Shown: in pieces, positions 42,356 through 59,860 of the stretch
How the letters are laid out: the number at the start of each line of letters is the position of its first letter
Numbering within the stretch: position 1 is the first letter of the stretch
Assembly (NCBI RefSeq): GCF_009914755.1
Contig: NC_060929.1
DNA length: 64,000 nucleotides
DNA from: the human T2T-CHM13v2.0 reference genome, Homo sapiens
Reading direction: 5' to 3' (one strand)
Notes under the pieces: model-generated
Databases searched by the model: none
The model's input: only the letters and a program-made list of their open reading frames with translations
What the model was told of the DNA's origin: nothing
Translations under genes and position numbers: made by a program

Positions 42356-42834
42356 TAATATTCTATGTTTTTCTGTGTACTTACAATTACCAGTGAGTTT
42401 TGTACCTTGAGGTGATTATTTGTTGCTCATTAATGTTGTTTTCTTTCTGATTGAAGTATTCCCTTCAGCATTTCTTACAGGACAGGTCATGTTGATGAAA
42501 TCTGGAAGTCTTCATTTCACTTTCATGTTTGAAGAATATTTTTGATGGATATACTATTCTAGGGTACAAGAGTTTAGTTTTGTTTTGTATTGTTTTGCTT
42601 TTTCTTCAGCACATTAAATATATAATGCAACACTCTCCCAGCCTGGCCTGTAAGGTGTTGACGGATAAATCTTCTGCCAGATGTTTTGGAGCTCCATTGT
42701 ATGTTACTGGTTTCTTTTCTCTTGCTGCTTTTAGGAACATTTATTTACCCTTGACCTTTGAAAGTTTGATTATTAAATGTCTTGAGGTTGTCTTCCTTTG
42801 GCTCATACTGCTTGGTGTTCTATAATCTTCTTGT

Positions 42835-46987
<4,153 letters not shown>

Positions 46988-48312
46988 ATTGATACCTTTC
47001 TCTAGGTTTGGGAAGTTCTCTGCTATTATCCCCTTGAATAAACTTTCTCCTCCTGCTTATTTATCTATGTCCTCTTTAAGGCCAGTATCTCTTTGATTTG
47101 CCCATTAGAGGCTATTTTCTAGATCCCATTGGCATGCTTTATTGCTTTTTATTCTTTTGTCCTTTGTCTCCTCTAATTGTGTATCTTCAAATATCCTGTC
47201 TTCAATCTCACTAATTCTTTCTTCTGCATGACTAATTCTGCTACGAAAGTACTCTGATACATTTTTCAGTATGACAAATGCATTTTTTTAGTTCCAGATT
47301 TTCTGCTTGATTCTTTTTAATTATTTCAATCTCATTATTAAATGTAATAGAATTCTGAATTCCTTCTCTGTGTTATCTTAAATTTCTTTGCCTTTCCTCA
47401 ACACAGCTATTTTGAATTCTATGTTGGAAAGGTCATATGTCTCTGTTTTTTCAGGATCGGTCCCTGGTGCCTAATTTAGTTCATTTGGTGAGGTCATGTT
47501 TTCCTAGATGGTGTTAATGCTAATAGATCTTCTTTCGTATCTGGGCATTAAAAAGTTAGGTATTTATTATAGTCTTCACTGTCTGGGGTTATAGCCATTC
47601 TTCTTGGGAAGGCTTTCCAGATATTTGAAAGAACTTAGGTGTTGTGATCTAAGCTATATCTGCTTTAGGGGGCACCCCAAGCCCAGCTAAGCTGTGGTTC
47701 TTGCAGATTATTCATAGAAGCTCTGCCTTGATAATCTTGGACACGATTCGGGAGAATTCTCTGGATTACCAGGCAGAGAATTTTGTTCTTTCTCGTTACT
47801 TTTTCCCAAGCATATAGAGTCTCTCTCTTTCTGCTCTGATCCACCTAAAGCTGAAGATAAAATGGCAAGAGCACCCCTGTCACCACCACCATTATGATTG
47901 TGCCAGGTTACACCAGAAGCCAGCACACAGTGCTGGGTCTCACATGAAGCCTACTGTAACCACTCCTTGGCTTCAGCCTATGTACACTGAAGGTCCAGGG
48001 GCTCTACATCACATAGTGGCAAATACAGCCAGGCCTGTGTTTTTCCCTTCAGAGTAGCAAGGTCTCCCAGACATGGGTCTAGAAGTGCCATCTGGAAGTC
48101 AGGTACTAGAGTCAAAAATTAGGAGTTTACCTGGTTTCTGTTGTACTGTGGCTGAACTGGCACTCAAGCCACAGGGCGTAGTCTTTCCTATTCTTCCCTC
48201 CTCTTTCCAAAGGCAGAGGAGCCTGACCCCATATTCACTGCCATCCCAAGCCATGAGAAATACTGCCAGATTATTATCGATGTTACCTTAAGATCCAAGG
48301 TTTGTTAAGTAA

Positions 48313-48646
<334 letters not shown>

Positions 48647-50514
48647 GGGACTCACTCTTCATGGAAGTGGGCTCCCTTCTGGCCCAGGGTTGGTCCAGAA
48701 ATGCCATCCAAGAGTCAAGTCCTGGAATCAGAGACTCCAAGAGCCCTCTTGGTGCTCTGCTCCCCTGTGGTCATGCTGGTACCTGAGGCCAGCCAAGTCT
48801 CAGAGGCTAACCCACAGTTTTTGATGTAGCACCTGGGTATAGCTGCTGGTTATTCATAGCCCACGAGTTCTTCAGTTAGCAGGTGATGAATACTGCTGGG
48901 AATGGGTTCTTTCCTTCAAGGCAGAGGGTTTCCTTCTGGCCCAGGGTGTGTCTAGAAATGTCATCTGGGAGCTAGGGCCTGGAATGGAGGCCTCATGACT
49001 CTGACAGGCATCCTATCCTGCTGAGGCAGATGGTATCTAGATTCAAGATAAAGTCTTCTCCACTCTTCCCTCTCCTTTTTTCAAAAGGAAAGAAGGGATC
49101 TCTTTTGTAACTGTGAGCTATACAACCTGGGGTTAGGGAAGGGATGATGACAGCATGCTCTTGTCTGCTCCAGCTGGTGTCTCATAATGTCCCCTGCCCC
49201 CCACCAACCCCAACTTTACTGTCTCTCGACCTAGTTCAGCACCAGGACTTGCCTAAGAGCTGCAGTCCTTATGGCCTTGACTGCCTTTCAAGTTTACTTG
49301 GAGACACAGAGTACTGTAGCAGCCACTCAAGTTCAGACTGCTGGGATCAGAGATTCCCCTCTGGCTAGGGCTGGTTTAAATGCTCCCACTGTGGGAGTGT
49401 CCCTAAGTTCTATCTGGTTTTTCTTTCTGCTCTAACAGGATAGCAATGAGTTCAATGCCTCACAACTACTGTGTTCTCTTCTTCCCAGCACCCAGAGATA
49501 CTCTTGGCAGCATGCTGACGGTGGTGTTGTGGGGGGCTTCCATGATTGAAGACTGTGTTTTCTATCTCTTCAGTGTCTCTTTCAGTGATATAAAGGTAAA
49601 ACCAGGTGCTGTAAGTGCTCACCTGGATTTTTGGTGCTTTTAAAGGTGTTTTTTCTGTGTGGATAGTTGTTAACTTGGTGACCTTGTCGGGGGAGGGGAG
49701 GCGAGTGTATGATAAATGGAGCTTATCTGCCATCCTGCTCCACTGCCACTATTCAATAACTAATTTTTAATCTGATTTTATGTAATAATAAAGCATGAAG
49801 ATGCATTTTTACAAAATCTCTTAATCTTAGTTTTCAGTTGAGATGAAATTTATAAGACATTGTAAGAAACAAAGTATGTGATTAATTTGATGAGGTTTGA
49901 GAATTACATATGTTCATAAAATGGCCATCCAAAGTAAGATATAGAATATATCCACTTTCTAAAAAATACCCCCTATCCCTTTCTCCAATCAATCCCAACT
50001 TTACCAGAGGCAACCACTTCCTGATTTCTACTACCATGCGTTAGTTTTGCTTCTACTTGGACTTCCAATAAATGAGATCATACAGTGTGTTGTATGTGTT
50101 ATTTTCTACAACATAAATACTTTTTAAGATTCATGTATGTTTCTTGAATGTGTCAGTAGCTCATTCCTCTTTATTTCTGAGTGAATATAGCATAATTTGC
50201 TCATCCATTTTTAATGGATATTTCTGTTATCCTCATTATTGAGATTTTATGAATAAAGACTTTTATAAATATTCTTGTAGAAGTTAGTTTGTAGACTTAT
50301 ATCTCTTAGGTAATTACCTAGTAGTGGAACTTCTAGATCATAGGATAAATGCACAACTAACTTTATAAGAAACATCTGAACCATTCTTCATACGGATTGT
50401 ACCATTTTACCTTTACATCAGCCACGTGTGAATATTTTCAGTATTTCAAAATATTGCCAGCATTTGGTAGTTTCAATGAGTACAGTCTGTGTTATTGTCA
50501 TTATCCTGATTTAC

Positions 50515-50716
50515 GGAAGGCTGCCTTTTAGCTGTATCCTCAGATGGCAGAGACAGACAGATCTTTTATTTTTTTCCTCCTTTTATAAGGTGATGAATCC
50601 CACCAGAAGGGCCTCATGCTAATTACCTCCCCAAAGCCCCACCCCCAAATACCATCATATTGGGAATTTGGATTTCAACACAATTTTGAAGGGACACAAA
50701 CATTTAGTTCATAGCA
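50515..50716 (-). mobile_element. MaLR LTR fragment (MLT1A/MSTD-like)
   Basis: ctaattacctccccaaagccccacccccaaataccatcatattggg...gggacacaaacatttagttcatagca. Confidence 0.75.
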
Positions 50717-51498
50717 TTATTCAATAATGCTTCACCTTCTTTAAGTCTTTTCAGTGCCTGAAGAACGAGTTTCTTGATTTCTTTAAAAAACTGCTCCATT
50801 TTAATTAGGATTTTTGTCAAATCTATAGACTAATTTAGGAATAACTAACATTTAAAAAATTGAGTTATTCATTCAATAAATATTGTATATTTCTCCATTT
50901 ATTTAAATCCTTAATTTTTCTCTGCATAGCTTTGTCATTTACAGTATAGACATGATGAACATCTTTATAATATATATTACTTTTTGATGTTCTGATACTA
51001 TGATAATTGGTATTTTTCTATTTCAGTGTCCAACATTCCATTATCAGTATAGAAAAATATAACTTATCTCTGCATACCGATTTTCTATTCTGCAATCTTG
51101 TTCAGATTACTTATTAATTACACTAGCAGTTTCTAGATACACGAAAATGTCATTGACAAATGAAGAGGGTTTTACTGTTTCCTTTATAATCATTTTGGCT
51201 TTTTTTCTTATCTTTCTGCAATTAATATCACTTCCAGTAGATTTTTCAAAAGAGGTGGTAAGATCAGATATTGGCATTTTATTATTGTTAAGGGAAAGAG
51301 TTTAGGCTTTCCATACATAAAGATGCTATTTATAATTTCTTAGTAGGTACCCTTTATCAGATTAAAGATGTTCCTTTAATTCTCGGTTTGTTGAGATTTT
51401 TCTATGATCAATAAGTGTTTATCAAATTGGTTTTCTGAATCTATTGAGATAATTATAGGATTTTTAGGCTTTATTCTGTTAGGCTGATATACTAGCTT

Positions 51499-51541
51499 GT
51501 CTGTGGCCATACCACCCTGAATGCACCCAATCTCATCTAAT
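51499..51541 (+). pseudogene. 5S rRNA 5'-fragment retropseudogene (nt 1-43, tailless)
   Basis: gtctgtggccataccaccctgaatgcacccaatctcatctaat versus 5S GTCTACGGCCATACCACCCTGAACGCGCCCGATCTCGTCTGAT: 36/43 identical, 5 of 7 mismatches are CpG transitions; TSD CT(G/A)ATATACTA. Confidence 0.92.
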
Positions 51542-51802
51542 ATACTACCTTCATTGCTTTTTTAAAAAAATGTTAAAGCAAACACGCATTTCTGGGATAA
51601 ACCCTACTTTATAAGTGTATTATACCCTTTTATATATATTTTAGAATTTAATATATTAATGATTTTGGTGGCTATGTTCAAGAGAGATTTTTTGTCTGTA
51701 AACTTATATTCTTCTAAATCTTTGTCAATTTTGTTATCAGGGCTATGCTGACCTCAATAATGAGTTTGAAAGTATTCTTTCTTCCTGTATTTTCTGAATA
51801 GT

Positions 51803-52006
51803 AAATTATATGAGCTATTCAACACTTTGTTATAAAATAGATTTTGTGTTAGATGATTTTTCAAAACTCAAGGCTAATATACATGTTTGGAGAACATTTA
51901 AGGTAAGCTAGGTTAATTTGATGTTCAGTAGGTTAGGTTATTAAATGCATTTTTCACTTGTAATACTTTCAACTTATTATTTAACCCCATCACAAGTTGA
52001 GGAAAA

Positions 52007-52010
<4 letters not shown>
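51803..52010 (-). mobile_element. MER47/Tigger5-type DNA transposon fragment
   Basis: ttcaacactttgttataaaatag...gtgttagatgattt...aaccccatcacaagttgaggaaaatctg terminal repeat. Confidence 0.75.
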
Positions 52011-52064
<54 letters not shown>

Positions 52065-52066
52065 CG
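52009..52066. repeat. Compound (TG)24(CG)5 microsatellite
   Basis: TG at 52009-52056 and CG at 52057-52066, counted directly. Confidence 0.97.
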
Positions 52067-52199
52067 CATGTATGGAAAGAGAGAGACAGATGCATCTGTA
52101 GATCTATAGTTATTCATCTATCTATAATTGATAGTTTGATATAAAAACAGATGGATATATATGCTATTTAGATTTTCTACTTTTTATTCTTTTAAAACT

Positions 52200-52435
52200 T
52201 GTAATCCCCTAGCAAAACTTATGCAAAAAAAGAGAGAAAACACAAAATACCAGTATCGGGAACATAAAGAGAACATAGCAGGTTAGAGCAAACAGACACT
52301 GAGGTAAAGGCCTTTACCATAGGCCTAGAAACAATGTCTGTTCAGGGATAAGAGCTTATAATAGAATACTTTATGCCAATAAATACAGCAACTTTGATGA
52401 AACGGCAAAATTCCTCAAAGAAAACAACTGACATA
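52200..52435 (+). mobile_element. Ancient L1 ORF2 fragment
   Basis: aaaagagagaaaacacaaaataccagtatcgggaac...actttatgccaataaat...gatgaaacggcaaaattcc. Confidence 0.6.
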
Positions 52436-52719
52436 GCATTGGTATTAATTAGCTGCAGAGTGTTCTTTTATAAGGATGCACCACATTATCTAGCCAAAAC
52501 CCTACTGCAAGACATTCAGTAGCACATCTCTACTATGTCCACTATGAAAACAAAGCAGTTAAAGTCATCCTTACAAGATAAAACATTAATTTATAAAGTG
52601 ATTTTATGTATTTAGATTACATGTTAAGGAATTACATTCACTGATCTTTTCCTTCTTATTAAATTGAATAGCAACATATGTTTTTATTGTTCTTAATTGT
52701 TTGTATAAATTATATGAAG

Positions 52720-53800
52720 GAAGTGTTATGTTCTTCTAAGTCCAGAACTAACAGGAAAATGTTTCCTCTACTATAATAATTAGAATAATACAGGTAATTT
52801 ATAATCATAACTTTTCTTGAACTCATTACAGAGCTGAGGTCTCAAGGGCATCAGTGAAAGTGAATTCCAAAGAATTGCTACCCTGCCCACCAAAAGAAGG
52901 GACACATGAACTATTTCTCTTTTGCCAGACCACAGAATAGAGATGGCTACCATACAAGTGCATATGACAAAATTAGCTAAAATGTTTATACATTCTTAAA
53001 GGCTAAATATGGGCTACTATATCAGTTGGTAAGATCTGGGGACTCTACACACAAAGGGAATTAGCACTCATTTACTCTTTTCCACAAGACTTTATGGTGT
53101 AATCATAAGAAAGATTAGGAGCAAGGCAGGACACTTGAAAGAACCCACCTTGGTAGTCAAAATGTTCACTAGATAATTAGTTTCTTGAGGACAGGCACAA
53201 ATACCTGCCCTCTTCCCAAGACCTTTGTTTCCTATGAAGCAAAAACATTCAACTATTGAGGAAAGAGCAACAAATACTCTTGCTACAAGGGCATAGGCAA
53301 CAATGATTTCTTATGTAAAGGAAGTAGAAGAAGATATCTGCCTCTGGGGAAAATGTAGAGAAACTACTCATGTCCTAGACACAAGCAATAATACATTGAT
53401 GCTGGGGTCAAAGCAGATGCAGAAACTCTGCCTGGATAGAGGGTCAGGAAAGAATCCTGGGCATAAGAGTCTACGCTGATTTGGAGCAGAGGTTTATAAC
53501 CACATGAGAAGAGTTAGTAAACTCCCTACTACCTAAGACAGAAAAAGAAGAACACTTTTTCTGAGATAGCCCCACCCTAATACCCTGGAGCACAAGGTTT
53601 GTATCAGATTTAGGTGGACAAGAACATGAGAAGCCTTGTGCAAAGGCCTTTACCATAAGCCTAGAAAGAAATAACATGCAGAAGTAGTCTATTACTGACA
53701 GAACAAGCAGAGCATGGATAGAGACTCTCTCTGTAGAAAAGTGAAGAGAAATAGCAGAAAGTCTAGGGAATATGAGAACATATGAGACTATTAAAATATT
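52720..53800 (+). mobile_element. Probable ancient L1M 5'-region fragment
   Basis: Resembles L1MC/MD 5' sequence (ataatcataacttttcttgaactc...gagctgaggtc...gtgaattccaaaga); weak recall. Confidence 0.35.
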
Positions 53801-55335
53801 TTTTAAATTATACATGAAAATATCTTTTCTGCCATAATATCTATATAAAGTACATGATTTCCAGCAACCTAACAAATAAGAGAATAAATAAATGTTTACT
53901 CATTAAAAATGACAAGAGGAAATTCAAGTTTTTTTATTCTTTTTTATCAAATATATATGTTGAAGGCATTTCATTTTTTTTAATTCCAGCATAAAAATAT
54001 ACTGAGCTCTCAGAAATGTTATAAGTAATCAACCATGTATTTCAACGTAAATCAGTCATCATAATTATCAAATGACAATGTGCCTATTTTCCAATACAAT
54101 TTTCTTTTCTTAACTCTAAATCTTCTTTCTCAACTCTTTGTATATATATGAAAATACATAACATTGAGGGAGCAAAGGCCTGATTTTATATTTCTCTCCC
54201 AGCTGAAGTTGTTCTTTCATTGGAAGCTGGCTTTTTGGTTCTAAAGTATTATCAATCCTCTTGGAATATTGGCATTCTGGAAATGGATTCTACCTTGAGC
54301 ACTGTGATTCACTAGGTGGGAAAACTTCAAAATGAGTGTTTCCTTTATTTCTCATCACTCTTACTCTTGATTTCTACTTCCTTTTTCAACAGGGATAATG
54401 AAAGATGGTGTGATTCAAATTTGGACCATCTAATTATTCCATATTGGAAGTTATTAACTTATTTTGAGAAGCCTTGCATAATGAAATTTTATGTGTTTAT
54501 AAAATTTTAAAAGTCAATGGTTAAAAATAAGACCCAAGTGTGCTTCATTTGTTTAAGTCTACGGATAATAGGGAGTAATTAACTTTACATAATCATTAAA
54601 TAATGCAGCCTTAAACATACATTGTCTATGCCTTAAATAAAGACTAAGCAAATAAAAAATCCCTTTTCTTTAATACTGATGAGAATCTAGGCATGAAATA
54701 AGGGATTTATATATTTAAAATAACAAGAATTTGAAGATTACCTGCTTTTAAAAGATGTCTCAAAAATTCAGTTATCCAGTGTCTGATTTTAAAAACTTGT
54801 TTCCCAAATTTGTGAATGGAGAAAAGCCATCCTTTCCAATCTTCATATCCTAATTGAAGAATGGGTTATTAACTCCAGAACAGAGCTGGAGGGTGAGACA
54901 GTCTCTGCCATTCTGGAGAAATTTATTCTAAACTGCCTCATGAAGTTCCAAAGGCCACCAGATAATAAAGTTACTTAGTGTCATCCAAAAAAGCTTTCTC
55001 ATCCCATCTTTATTTCTGGCTCCAACAATTATTTTCAACTATTAAATATACTCTAAAATACACAGAAATGTAGTTTTGGTGGTTTAAAGGAAATTAGTCT
55101 CCAACTCAATTTTCACACAAGATGAAGGAACCAAAGGTCTTAAATATTTCTTAACATAGAAAGATATTAGTTGGGACCCCCTATCTTCTGATTTCTAGTT
55201 TAAGGTTCATATTATTACATCAAAATGAGAAATATGGCTCTTAAAAGCCTTCCCATATAAGGGATTTTACTGACTTGTATGTAGTTTTTTTGGAAGTCCA
55301 AATGGATGAAAGACAAGTGTTGAGATACTTATTTA

Positions 55336-55739
<404 letters not shown>

Positions 55740-56224
55740 TTAACAAAGAAGTTGATAAAAAGATAGTGCCAGCAAGATGCTACCAAGGTTTATACTTTTA
55801 GCTGATGCATAAGTATGGCAAACCCTGCTGACTGTCCTTTTTTTCTCATTTCCTAAGGACTTCAATTTTTAGGATTTATAATTGTGAAAATAATAAATAG
55901 ATTGTGAATTAAAACTCATTTAAGAAGCTGTCATTCCGAAAGGGTATCAATCTTAAGATCTATGGAATTCACAGAGTTTGTTAATTTAATTTAGCTTCTG
56001 AAATTAATATAACCCATTCACCAATATATTGAAAAATCACCTGCTTCCTTGACATTAAGAAAAATAATTGTATCCTCAGGTTGGGCAAATATTTGTGAAA
56101 TTTAGTAATATGTCAAATATTGTCATTTATAATGTTGGTTCCTGGAAAGTACTTTACACCTAGTTACTTTTACATAGGTAAGAAGTATCATAAAATTGTC
56201 TCCATTTTAAAAATATATAGACAT

Positions 56225-56430
56225 TTAAACATTTTACATGTACCAGATGCCTAGTTAAAGGCTTTCCACATGTATCTCATTTAATCCTCACAACAACCCT
56301 ATGGTACAGCAGCATTATATATAATAGTAAAGGAACTGAGGCTCAGAGATGTTGATAACTAATACAGAACAAAGCTGGGATGTGAACCCAGGGATTCTGG
56401 TTACAAGGTCTGTGCGGTTAACTAACATGT
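56225..56430 (-). mobile_element. MIR SINE
   Basis: tctcatttaatcctcacaacaaccctatg...ggaactgaggctcagagatgtt...gctgggatgtgaacccagg. Confidence 0.85.
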
Positions 56431-56544
56431 TACATCATTGTATGTATGAGAAGATAAAAAATGAAGAATTAATGACTGATTTATCCTTATGTGGGAAATT
56501 AGAGGTGATGTAAAAATGAAAGGAAATTACATCATTCTTTCAGA

Positions 56545-56758
56545 CAAAGCAGGCTGGTCCAGGTATTAGCCACATTTAAGCTCTCATCAGAAGATCAAAT
56601 GAGGAATTGTTTCTTTTTAGGCTTTCTCAGACTGTTGGCAGAACTCATCTCCTTGTGACCATAGGACTGAGGCCTCCATTTTATTCCTGGCTGTCATCTG
56701 GGGCTTGCAAGCCTCTAGAGGCTGACCACAGTCCTCTGCCACCTAGCCCTCTTCATAG
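56545..56758 (-). mobile_element. MLT1 LTR fragment
   Basis: ctcagactgttggcagaactcatctccttgtgaccataggactgaggcc. Confidence 0.7.
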
Positions 56759-56759
56759 T

Positions 56760-58597
56760 CAGGAAAGAAAAACAAAAAACAAAAAACAGGGCTTTCAGCC
56801 ATACAATTGCAAGAGAATGAGCTTGGAAGTGGATTATCCCCTAGTGGAGTTTCCAGTAAGAATGCAGTCCAACTGACGAATTGATTGTGGGCTTGTGAAA
56901 TCCTGAGCAGAGGATCCAGTTAGGACATGCCTGGGATCCTGACCCACAGAAATTATAAGATAATAAGCATGTTTTTTAAACTTCTAAGTTTGTGCAATAG
57001 AAAATTAATACAAATTTCAGTATCATAAGTGGGTGATAATTTAATAAATGACTAAAATGTGAGAGTGCTTTTTGAATCAGGAAGTTAGAAGAAGCTGGAA
57101 GAATTTTAATGAGCACAATAGAGCCTACATCACCTTGAACACGCTGTTATAGAAATATAGATGAGAAAGCTGACAGTTAGGGCTCAGAGGAAATGAGGAA
57201 TATGAAATTGGGAAATTGAGGAAGTGAGATTCCAATAATGTAGTAAGAGAAAGCCAAGTGAAATTGTCTCCAGTTATGTGGAAAGTACAACCAGTAAGTG
57301 ACAAACATGAGTATACGGTGTCCTTGGAGATTGGTTCCAGGACCCCAGTATATTAAAATCCATGCATACTCAATTTCTATAATTGGCCCTGTAGAATCTC
57401 ATTTAGTTAAAAAAAAATCCTCATGGAAGTGGAACCACACAGTTCAAACCTATGTTGTTCAAGGGCCAACTGTATGCCCAGTATATTCCCAAGCAACGTT
57501 TTGGAAGTGCAATCTTGCTGCTTATAGTACAATGAAAGAGAAAAGAGATAAGTTGAGGAAAGAACAGTTAAACAAAAGGAACCAGAATTTGTTTTGAAAA
57601 TTCTCAGACTCTAAATGAAAAACAAACTTAAATTTATGAGATTCACAGACAGTAATCTATATTCTAGAGAAAGAGCTGAGGTTGTAAATTTTGTAATCTT
57701 TTGTGAAAACTTCAGAAAAATTAAAAGTCATGCCATGGCCTTTTTCAAAAGATTAAAGGAGAGCCTCACAGATCTTCTTAACCATACCAATAGACCTCTA
57801 GGAAGCTGAAGGGTGTTGTTCCTCAGCTATCTTAGGAGGAACCAAAAGTTGAGAAGAGATAATCTCTAAAATATCTATGGATGTGTCTTTTATCTAGTGA
57901 AGTAAATCTTCATAAAACCCATGGAAGACTCACAAACATTTGAGGGACCTTGAAGTGGGAGAAAATATATTTTTTTGGAGAGAGGGACATGAATTCATGG
58001 AAGCCAGAAGGTGAACTATGGAAGTGAGCCCAGGCAATCCATACTCTTGCATAATTCCCTCTTCTTAAATGTGACTGAGAACCATGACTTGTCTCTAACC
58101 AACAGATGATAGCAAAGGAGATGGGATGTCATTTCCACAATTATGTTGTTATATAAGACTCTCTTAGCATATTAGGGAACACTCCATTTCTGGTTTTGAA
58201 GGAGTAAGCTGCCGTGTTTGATGAGGACTTATGAAAAATGGCCACATAGTAAGAAATTCTGGATTCTGGGTAGTTTCTGGGTGCTAAGAGCCATCTCCTG
58301 CCAACAGTCCACTAGGTAACATGAACCTCTATTCTACAACAACAAAAGATGGACTCTGCCAACACTCTGCCCCAACAATCTGAGGACACTTGGAAGCAGA
58401 TCTTTTCCCAATCAAAACCCTGATGTGACTGAAGCACAAGCCAATATCTGAATTGGGGCTTGCACCCTAAAGCAGAGAACCTAGCTAAACTGTGCCCAGA
58501 CTTCTATCCTATAGTAACTGTGAGATAATAAATCTGTCAGTATTTTAAGTCAGTAAATTTTTTTGAAAATTTTGATGTAGCATAGATAGCAAGTATA
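56760..58597 (+). mobile_element. MLT1E/F-like provirus remnant: partial 5' LTR to 57012, internal region, 3' LTR about 58017-58597
   Basis: LTR end ...tcctgacccacagaaattataagataataag...taataca, MLT1-int motifs, purine tract near 57980, second LTR with actgtgagataataaa. Confidence 0.7.
57314..57472. mobile_element. MER8 (Tigger-family MITE), internally deleted
   Basis: gattggttccaggacccc...cagttcaaacctatgttgttcaagggccaactg|ta. Confidence 0.8.
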
Positions 58598-59384
58598 GTC
58601 ATGTAATAAAATTCAGCCACATATAGAGAATGCAGATACTAAATGCCCTGTGATATCTTTGTATTAAGATACCAACAGTTATTGATGAGAACTATCTACA
58701 ACATCAAGACTTGATTAGGTAGAAATAGATCCTAAGACACAGAAAAATACTGTTTGAAGCTATAAGATAATTTAGTCAAAAAACAGCTAATTATTTTGTT
58801 TCAAATTTCATATGTATAGAAAAAGTCTTAAAATATCTCACCCAATAATCATACAAAAATAGTTGGTATAAAGGAGAAATTAATTCGAGGTCATACTTGA
58901 CTTAACAGCAGAAAAGAGGCTTGAGCTAAATATCTTAACTCCTGGTTCAGTTAGTATTCTACTACATTACACTGGTTTTACATCATTATTATCCTTTGAG
59001 TGATCATCCATTTATTCATTCATTTGTTTTTTCAACAAAATGAATGCCAACAGTGTGATATTCGAAGTAACTTTTTAGGTAATGTGGGAAATATAATGAT
59101 AATAAAAATGTATACTATTAACAACACTGCACACAAGTAAATAGTACAAAATAGATCTCAGGTTTTTCTTTTGAGAGATACAGATAAAGAGGAATTGGGA
59201 TTTACAAAAGAAAAACTCCTTTGGATGAAATGGGCATTGAAAATATACTTTAAGGATAATGTAGCATTTTACCAAATTTTAAAGATCCAATGCATTTAGA
59301 ATCAATGGGAATAGGGTAAATGTTAGCACAAAATGCTGCTTTTTCCAGAAAGATGATTTGAAGATGGCTTGTTCTGCATCAAAG

Positions 59385-59860
59385 AGACTTCGCTCAGTTT
59401 TCTCAAACTGTGGTCATGTTAGAATCACCCACATACATTTTAATGTAGTTATGTTGGGGGGGGAGAGAGCATATTAAGTGTATTTGTGTTTATGTATATG
59501 TCTTGGGGGTGGTGTATTAATTTTTCTCAAATTATCTATGCCATGTGCCAATGTCCCACACCATGTATTTTATGATTCAACAGGTCTGCAATAAACCCAA
59601 CAGCTACTTCATTTTTTTAAGTCCCATAGTTGATTTTAATAAACAACATATATTGAGGACCAAAACGTTATTTTATAAGAATAAATTAGAAGTTCCCCTG
59701 CACCTCTTGTTTTACGACAGTGGTTCTCAACTTTTAATATAAATAAGAATGGCTGAGATCTTCCTAAAATGTGGATTATATTTCAGCAGGTTTGAAATGG
59801 GACCGGAGATGCTGTATTTCTGGAGCTGGACTCAACCCTTCTGAGCTCCCTTGATTTTAA
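59385..59860. mobile_element. MER5-like hAT fragments
   Basis: cagttttctcaaactgtgg...ttagaatcacc and cagtggttctcaactt...tcagcaggtttgaaatgggacc. Confidence 0.5.

Larger units (their letters stand above)
49860..51800 (-). mobile_element. L1ME-type 3' UTR and ORF2 remnants
   Basis: aagatatagaatatatcc, ccagaggcaaccacttcctgatttct, gttatcagggctatgctgacctc...aatgagtttgaaagt. Confidence 0.75.

Noticed and set aside
53471-53875. 134-aa minus-strand ORF
   Set aside because: Antisense to probable old L1 sequence, non-ATG start, no recognisable homology
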